Positions 53,101 through 61,573 of a stretch of DNA of 61,573 nucleotides are shown here, piece by piece; within the stretch, counting starts at the first letter, position 1; each line of letters starts with the position of its first letter. This DNA is from Microthyrium microscopicum (taxonomy: Eukaryota). The notes under the pieces are model-generated. The model had not been told where the DNA came from. It saw only the letters and a program-made list of their open reading frames with translations, and made no database searches. A program made the position numbers and the translations under genes. Where the stretch lies: positions 1,275,359 to 1,336,931 of the forward strand of contig MU004241.1 in NCBI GenBank assembly GCA_010405405.1. Direction: 5' to 3'.

Positions 53101-54239
53101 TAGAGGTTTAGATAGAGTTAAATAAGTAGAAAGAAAATTAAATAAAGTAGAAGCGTTTTATAGAATAGTCTATTAATAGCTATAAGATTAATATTTTATA
53201 ATAAATAAATAGACACTAGAGTACTTATAGCGCTCTATTAAGATAAATAGTATAGTTTTATTTCTTTAAAGGTTTCTACTATAAATAGTTAGTATAGTCT
53301 ATATATATTTATTAGAGTAGTATATTTAGACTCCTTATAGGGTCTAAACGAACTAGATAATAAAGAGATTTATATATATATTATTTAATAAATAAAGTAA
53401 GAGTATAAGTTAGCTTTCTTTTTTAAGTACTTAAAAGCTACTTTAATTTAGATTAAAGTACTTTAATTTAGTAGTTAGTATATTATAAAAAAACTATTAT
53501 TAATTAAAGTTATTTAATAATACTATAACTATTTATTACTATAATATATAGTTTTATATCTAAGTACTTAACTTAATATTTAATTTATTAAAATATAGAG
53601 AATAATTAAAATAAATTTACTAATTTAAAATATATTAAATAGAAATTAGAACTAAAACTACTTATAAGGTTAAAATTAATAAAATAAGATAAACTATTAA
53701 AGTACTTTTATAATTTTAGTAAAAAAATATTTTTTAAATAAAATAAATATTTAGAATTCTTAAATAAATCTAATATACTCTATTACTTAAGTAATATTAA
53801 TAGCTAGAATTAGTATATATTTATAATAAATATTATTACTTAAATAGAATAAATACTTTAAATTATTTAATAACTAAAATAATAATTATTATATATATAG
53901 ATATAATAAGTAAAATAGACTTATATTTAATATAATTTAAATATATTTAATAATTTATATAAAATAAATAGTATAAATAACTAGTATACTATAATTACTA
54001 TTATATTATTTATAACTTATATATTTAAAATAATATAAATAATATAATTATTAAAATAGCTATTATAACTTAAATATATTAAATATTTATAATACTATAA
54101 TACTTATAACTAGCTAAATAATAGAAATAATAGAAATTACTTTAATAAAGAATATATATTAAATCTTTTAAACTAGTATAATTCTAAAAATATATTTTAT
54201 ATACTAAATATTTAAAATATTATAATAAATTAAAAGACT

Positions 54240-54539
54240 TAAATTTCTATAAGATTTATAATATTTATAATACTTACTAGATCTTAAATATTTATAATAT
54301 TTTAAATTACTATAATATTAATAATATTTTTAATATTTTTAAAATATTTAATAACTATAATATTTATTATATTTATTATATTTATAATATCTAAAATATT
54401 AATAATTATATAATATTTATAATATTTATAATATTTATAATATTTAAAATATCTATAATATCTTAAATATTTATAATATTTTATATTATCTATAATATTT
54501 AGAATATCTATAATATTTAGAATATTTATAATAATTATA
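54240..54539. repeat. Degenerate 9-bp tandem array (AATATTTAT-like), left part
   Basis: Units such as aatatttat, aatatctat and aatatttag are read directly. Confidence 0.8.
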
Positions 54540-55729
54540 TTTTTATTAAATCTTATTTATTATCTTTTAGCTATGCTAATAGGTTATGTAGATGCTACTC
54601 TTTATAAGTAGGTAAAAACCCTTATCTAATTAGCTACTCTACCTAAATCTAGCTAAGTATAGCTTACTCTAGGCCTAAGGCCTAGTCTAGCTTTAGCTAA
54701 TTTCTATATATTTAGTAAACTAAGGCGCTAACTATATAAGGGAAAACCCTACTATTATATTCTATATACTAATCTATATTAAGGCTAATATTATATCCTA
54801 CTAAGCCTTATTAGCTTTTTAAGCTATAGAAGCTTTAATAAGTTAGGAAGCTAAATTCTAGAAAATATTTAGCCTATTAGCACTTCTCTAGGCTAGTTCT
54901 GTTATAAGTTATTATTCTTCTATTTAGTTTACTACTTTAAGTTCTTAAAGTTACTAATATTATTATTTCCTAAAGAGCTAAGATTCTTTTCTTATTATTA
55001 TATTAGATTCCTTTATTCTTACTATTAAATACTAAATCTAAGGTAGTACTATTAATCTACTAAAGACTATTCGCTATGCTATACTTTGCTTTTAAGCTAA
55101 GATTTAGAGTCCTTTAGCTTAGTATATTCTAAGTTACTTTTCCTAAGTCTACTAACTTATTCTATAGTACTATTTATACTAATCTATAGGTATTATACTT
55201 ACTAAGCTATAGTATTCCTAAATATTATAATTTACTACTATATTATTTAGTCTAATTTTACCTTATATAGCTAGATTTTAAGCTTACTAAGCTAGAGCTA
55301 ATCCTCTAATCTAGTTACTAAAAGCTATAAAAAAGTTATTTTAGTATACTAATTTTACTACGCTTTAATAGTATTATAGCTTATTTTAGTATAGCTTTAT
55401 ATAGCTAGTTTCTAATTATATAATTTAACGCTAGTTCGTTATTAATTAGTAAAGCTTTAATAAGAATAATCTTATAGCTATATATAGTAATTACGTAATA
55501 TAAAATTTACATCTTTCGTAACGTATTAAAAAGAGCTATAGCTCGTCTTCTACACCTGCTAAAAAGGAAAGAATAACCTCCCTAAAAAGGAGTAAACATA
55601 GCTTTAAAAGTAAGTAACGATTACCTTTTTAGAATAGTAAAGGAGACGGGAATCGAACCCGTGCCCTACGGATCTTAACAGATAGGGCCTACTGCGAGAT
55701 TGCAAGTACTACTACTATACTACTCCTCC
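54540..55729 (-). mobile_element. 1.19-kb tRNA-headed SINE-like retroelement
   Basis: The 5' end coincides with G1 of a tRNA-like fold. 3' tail AATAAATAAGATTTAATAAAAA. TATAATAATTATA repeated at 54527-54539 and 55730-55742. It splits a 9-bp array. Confidence 0.65.
55638..55729 (-). ncRNA. tRNA-like sequence (pseudo-tRNA / SINE head), isotype unassignable
   Basis: Acceptor GGAGGAG/CTCCTTT+A. D-arm GTAT-AGTAGTA-GTAC (A-box-like). T-arm ACGGG-TTCGATT-CCCGT (B-box). The anticodon region is expanded and non-canonical. Confidence 0.75.
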
Positions 55730-55990
55730 TATAATAATTATAATATTTTTAATATTTACTATATTTATAATATTTATAATATTTATAAAAGATTAAATAT
55801 CTATAATATTTATAATATATATAATACCTTTAATATTTTTAATATTACTAATATCTTTAATATTTCTAATATTTTTAATATTTAGAATATTAATAATAAC
55901 TTTAATAACTTTAATATCTAAAATATTTAAAATATTTCTTATATTTACTATATTTATAATATTCTAGATACTAATATTAGTATAATATAG
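55730..55990. repeat. Degenerate 9-bp tandem array, right part
   Basis: Same unit as 54240-54539. It gives the spurious NIY/NIF ORF at 55700-55885. Confidence 0.8.
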
Positions 55991-56299
55991 TAGATAGCTT
56001 TAATTACTAAATATAGAGCTATTCTAGAAACTAGCTTTACTAGAATAATAACCTAAATACTTAAAATTATCTAGAATTATTTAGAATTATTTAGAAGAAG
56101 TAGAAGCTTCTATTTATTTCTATTAGAATTAAATCCTTTATTATATTATAGTATTAGATCTTAACTTTATAGACTACTTTATTATAGACGTATTAAGATT
56201 AAGTTTTATAATACTATACTTTTCTTATTATTATTTATAATTTATACCTTCTTTTCTTAGCTTAAGTTCTTATCTATAAAATAGAATAATAAAGTATAA

Positions 56300-59200
56300 T
56301 TTAGATTTTTCTTATTATTAGTAGTATTTATAATATCTTAAAAGATTAAAAAGCTTCTAAGGTTTAGTAGCTTAGTTTCTATCTATTTTAGTTTAATAAA
56401 CTAAATATATATTCTTTCTAGCTAGTTTTTATTACTAGGTTTTATTTATATAATTTATTAGTAATTAGAACCTATATATTTACTTAAATATATAAGACTT
56501 AATTATTAGATCTATATAATTTTAAAAAGATTAAAAAGACTATTTTTTAAGTAATAACTATTAAGCTACTACTTAATAAAAATATTAATATTATAGTTAA
56601 TATATAATTAGATAAGAACTATATCTAAAATAAACTACGCTAAGTAAACTTAAATAAGGTCTAAGTTCTATAATAAAACTATTTAATAAAAATCCTAAGA
56701 ATTCTACTTAAACTAAACGTAACCTATAATAAGAATATAAATAATAATAAACTAATTAAAGAATTAGTTAATAAAAATAAAATAAAGTTTAAATACCTAA
56801 AGATAAAAATAGTCTAATAGCTCTATAAAGGCGTAAAGTATAAATAAGTAAAAGAAAAACTAAAGAAGTAAAGAAAGGTACGTACTAAGGAATTATTTAT
56901 ACTATATTACTTAATAATAATAATAAAGAATAAGATTATCTAAAAGAAGTTCGTTATTAAAGTAGAGAAGCTCTTTATTAAATTATATAATCTAAAATAT
57001 ACTATTAAATAGTACTTCTACTATTAAATCTAAAGCTATATATAAATAACTTATACTTAATATAAACTAAACTATAGTAAATATATAAATAATTATAATA
57101 CTAAAAACTATATTAAGATAGGTCTAATTTAATACTTTAATTATAAAGATAATAAAAGAAGAGGAAGAGAAAAGAAAAAATAAACCTAAAAATACTATAT
57201 ATAATAGAAAAAAATATATAAAATATACTAAACTTACTTTAAGAATATAAAAGAATTCTAAAGAATAAATAAAAAATATATAAAATAAATAAAAGCTATA
57301 TTATATACTTAAACTATATTAATTTAGCTTATAGATAATAATAAATATACTATAATAAATAGTATAAAGAAAAGAAAAATAAAAACTAAGAATCTTAAAA
57401 GGCTATTAATATTATAAGAAGTAAAAAATAAAATACGTAATAATTTAGTCTAAGATACTTAAAGATTAATTATAAGTATATTTAACTTTAATAAAAGTAA
57501 TAATAACTTATAAACTATAAAAAATAATACTCTAAAAGAATAATAAAGAAATAACTATAAAAAAAATAAATTAAGTTATAAATAACTTTAAACTAACCTC
57601 TAATAATAAAATAAGTAAAATTAAAATAATAGACTTAAATAAATAGTATTAATATTATATAATATAACTATAAAAAGTTAAATATAAGAAAAGTAAAGCT
57701 ATTCTTTAATTTATTAAATAATACTAAGTAACTAATTATAGTAATCTAAGACTTTAAAAGAATTATAAAGCTAAAAGAAATATACTATTTTCTAACTATA
57801 CTTTAGTATATAATTAGAATAATTAATTAAGAATAAATTTTATAATAAATAAGGCACTTAATATAAAAAACTAGTAAGTAAAATATTATAACTAATTTAT
57901 CTTAATACTATATCTTTAGTATAGATATATAATACTAATAATTATTAATATATATAGTAAAGGCTTAATAGTAAGTAATTATAACTATTTTACTAAATAC
58001 TTAATACTAATAAAAGTAATTAATAAAGTAGAAAAAAAGATTCTATTAGTAAAAAACTTTAACTACTACTACTATTAATAAAAAAGTATAATATTAGCTA
58101 CTAAACTCTAAATAAATACTTTACTTTATAATATAATTTAATAAAAACTCTACCTAAGTATACTAAAAGGAGAATTAATTTATAAGTTATATAAAGAAAA
58201 GAGAATAGAAGTAATAAAAATAATAATTAATCTTATATTTATATTTTAATTTCTTTAAAAAAGACTAAAGTATTATAGTTTAATTAATATCTAAATATTA
58301 ATAGAAAATTATATTCTAATTATAATTTAGCTTATTTTAAAATAAAAGAAGTATATACTAAAAGTATAGTATAATATATAAAAACTAGATATAAAATAAT
58401 TTATTAAATATATAAATAATAGCTTATAGAATATTAAAGATATATTAATAAAGGCTCTATATAAGATAATAATAAAAGTAGTAAAGATTTACTATTTAAA
58501 AATAAAACTCTTAAAATAAGCTTTATATAAGTAGTTACTTATAATTACTCTATTAATATAAGAAAAGTATTATATAAAAAAAGATACTTTTAAATAAGAA
58601 ATAACTAAAATAAGTATATATATAAATTAGTTATAGCCTAGCTAAGAAAATCTTTATATTAAAATAAAGTAGTATTCTAATAGACCTTTATAAAAAAGAT
58701 TATAAAGAATTATAAATACTATAAGAACTAAGGCTTATAAAGAATAAGTAAATAAATAAAAGCTAAAGCTAGTAAACTAAAAGAAGACCTATACTTATTA
58801 GTACTTAAATAAATAACTAATAATAACTATATCTATAATAACTAAAGTAAGGTAAATATACTATTTATAAAGTTTTTTCCTTAAACTAAAGTAGTAAACC
58901 TAAGTAATATAAAAGCTACTATTCTACTTCTAAAACTAAAGATAAACTATAAAGTAATAATAAAAGAGATAAATTATATAATTAGTAGCTTTTTAAATTA
59001 TAAGATAATAGAACCTATTAATATATTAAATAAGGTCTTAAAGGCTCTTAAGCTTAAAGTATAGCTAGAAAAGAAAAGTAATAATCTAAAACTAATAAAA
59101 TTTAATAAAAGACTAGTACTTATAATTAATAGAATACTAATAAGTAGTATAATTTTAAAATACTTAAGGTAATTCTATATACTAATATTAAAAAAACTAA

Positions 59201-59600
59201 GTAAGAAAGATTACTTATTACTATTAGCCTACTAGCTAATTATTTTTAAGAATATAATAGTAAAGTTAATTAAAAAAATTATTATTAATAAACTTACCTA
59301 ACTTATAAAAGATAATAATTTATTACTTTAAAACTAAATAAATACTAAGGTAGAGTAGTTAATATTAATAATAGTATAGCTCTTAAAGAATACTATTAAA
59401 GTAATATAAAAGAGAAACGTAAGAGCTATAGTATTAGTACTTAGCCTTAACTTTTAAGAAGTATATAATAATATTAATTTAAGGAAGCTTCTTTATATTC
59501 TAAAAATAAAGGAATTCCTCTAATAGCTAATTAATATAATAGTAAGCTTTATTATTAATTATATAACTTAAATTATATTTACTAAGTACTAAAGTCTATA
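56300..59600 (+). mobile_element. RIP-degraded Tad1-like LINE (ORF1, AP endonuclease, first half of RT); boundaries approximate
   Basis: Near 57650 the start resembles (L)QYNC.KS. Near 59000 KIIEPINILNKVLK corresponds to KAPGPDGIPNKVLK. Near 59185 ILKKLSKKDY....AY*LI corresponds to LKKPGKKDY....AYRPI. At 59440 LSLNF*EVYNNI corresponds to LSLDxxGAYDNV. Confidence 0.8.
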
Positions 59601-61573
59601 TTAGGAACTAGGACACCTCTAGTTTAAGATAACTACTAATAGAATATATCTACGTAGAATAAAGCGTTATTAGTTAAGTTAACTAATAATAACCTATTAT
59701 AAATATAGATAGCTTAGTAGAGTCTTTATAGCTTTAAGTAATAAAGAAGAAGAATTATAAAAGTCTAAATAACTTTCTAATAATTATTCTTATTTCTATT
59801 TTTATATATTTATTTAAACTATAATAATTATAGTTTTTACTTACTTAGAATAACCTATTTCTAATATAGTAATTACTTCTTAATTCTTAAGTATCTAAAA
59901 AAATTGTTTTTATTTTTTATCTAATTAGAAACTATATTTAATAGTAAATATTTAAACCTTAACGCCTAGATAGAACTTAGATAGCTATAACTATTAAGCT
60001 AAAAATTATTAATACCTATTATACTCTAAATTAATATATTTAAAGATATATTAAACTTATTTAATATTAAATTAGCTAACTCTAACTTACTTAAATCTAA
60101 AGAAATCTAAAATAACTTTATAATATACTATAAAAAGAAACTTAATATACTTATTAATAAAAAGAAGCTAAAGCTTAAGGTATAAGAACTAATAATAAAA
60201 GCTAGGGTAATTTAGTTTAGTAAGCTTAAAACTACCTAAGAGTTAAAGAACTTTAATTAAGTTAATATAATAAGACTTAATTAATATTTTTTAAACTAAG
60301 CTCTTATTTCCTTAGGACCTTTAAACTAAGATAAGCTTAAAATAGAGCTTTATAAAAGAAAGAGTTTTTAAGAATATATATCTTAAGTTAATAATATTAA
60401 ATAAAAGTTTATTAAATCCTTTTATTAAGAAAGTACTTATAATTAATAATTCTACTAATATATTTATAAATATAATTAACTTAAGAAAAAGCTATTATAA
60501 ATAGAATTAGATAATCTTATTTTTTATAAAGAGTTTTAAAACTTAAGATTCTAAAAAATATAGTAAATAGTTTAAGATTATACGTTAAGCTATCTAAGCT
60601 ACTTTATAAAGTAAAAATATATTACTTTTAAGAAGTTCTAAATAGTTAAATTAAGTTAATACTACCCTTAGGAGCTTTATAATAACTTTTTTAAGTTTTA
60701 AAAGAAATAAAAGTATAATAACTAAAAGAATTACTTCTTTTAGTTTTATAGAAGCTTCTTAGAAATATATAGAAAAAGATTCTCTTTAATAAAAAGTTTA
60801 TTACTATTATAATTAAAAAAGTCTTTAAAAAAGCTAACTTATATTAGACTTTTAATTTTATAGAAACTAAAGCCTATTTTATTCTTAAAAAGATAAATCT
60901 AAGATAATCTTTCTTAAAATAATACTTATACTTCTTAGAAGATAAGTATAAATATAAAAAGGGCTTAAAAAAGCTAAAAATATTTAAAAAGTCTTTCTAC
61001 TTTTTAAAAAATAGTAAAGTAAAATAAGCTATATTTAAAATAACTTAAAATATAGATATTCTATTAAAGTCTAACTTAAAAAAGGTTAAATACTTTAAAT
61101 ATAGTAAACTTTACTTTAAAATAAAATACTCTAAGTTATAAAGAAAAGATAAAACTATAAAGTTATAAATTAGAACTTAGTAGCCTCTTTTATTAATAAA
61201 ATAGCTTAACTTAATACTAAATAGCTTTATAAAACTATTATTATAAATATCTTAAAGACATTAAAAGCTAAGAATAATAACTTATCTAGTAAAATAGACT
61301 TTAAAAATAAAATTAAAGTAAATATACTTATAAAAAAGTCTAAGAAATAATAAAAGCTAAGAAGCTTTATTCTTAAATATTATAGTTAATTATAAGTTAT
61401 ATTTTAATATTATAGATATTAAGCTAGCTAAAAGACTTTAGCTTTATATTATTTTTCTCTACTTTTAAAGCATTATTGTACTAAAAGATTAATTTCTTAG
61501 AATTATTCTATAAAACTATTATTATTAGATTCGTCTTATTAAGACTATTATAATAGTATAACTTTTAACTAGA
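59600..61573. mobile_element. Further RIP-degraded element interrupting the LINE RT; class not determined
   Basis: RT similarity stops before the expected PQGSxLSP and YADD motifs, and different RIP-type sequence follows. Confidence 0.4.

Larger units (their letters stand above)
50150..61573. repeat. RIP-mutated AT-rich block of nested transposon relics
   Basis: Abrupt fall in GC, near absence of CA/TG dinucleotides, large TA excess, and TAA/TAG stops in all frames. Confidence 0.95.

Noticed and set aside
55638..55729. Functional tRNA or selenocysteine tRNA
   Set aside because: There is no canonical anticodon arm and no TCA anticodon. The D-loop GG reads AG, and it forms the end of a repeat element.
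55700..55885. 61-aa NIY/NIF repeat ORF
   Set aside because: Chance open frame in a RIP-mutated 9-bp array, with no ATG start.
54240..55990. Repeat arrays as a CRISPR locus
   Set aside because: They are contiguous degenerate 9-mers without unique spacers, in a eukaryotic context with no cas genes.
50150..61573. Mitochondrial insertion (NUMT) or AT-rich contaminant
   Set aside because: Specific CA/TG loss with TA excess and recognisable LINE RT motifs indicate RIP-mutated nuclear transposons.

Overview
Genomic DNA of a filamentous ascomycete (Pezizomycotina). The ORF track is fragmented because the genes have short GT-AG introns with CTAAC/CTGAC branch sites. Bases 1-50,150 are GC-balanced and hold about 16 genes: a crystallin-like secreted protein, GH17 glucanase, SPX-RING E3 ligase, G1 cyclin, KP4-like secreted protein, WLM protease, SBF transporter, GFA protein, DUF6594 protein, C2H2 transcription factor, GPI12, a membrane protein, GPI11, glyoxalase II, an MFS transporter and acetoacetyl-CoA synthetase. 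This part also has two intact MITEs and a broken HET gene. From about 50,150 to the end the DNA switches abruptly to a heavily RIP-mutated AT-rich block of nested retroelements, including a Tad1-like LINE. The most unusual object is a 1.19-kb element (54540-55729, minus strand). It starts exactly at +1 of an atypical tRNA-like head, ends in an A-rich tail, is flanked by a 13-bp direct repeat and may have carried an ORF. Gene models and family calls were made by eye, without database searches.
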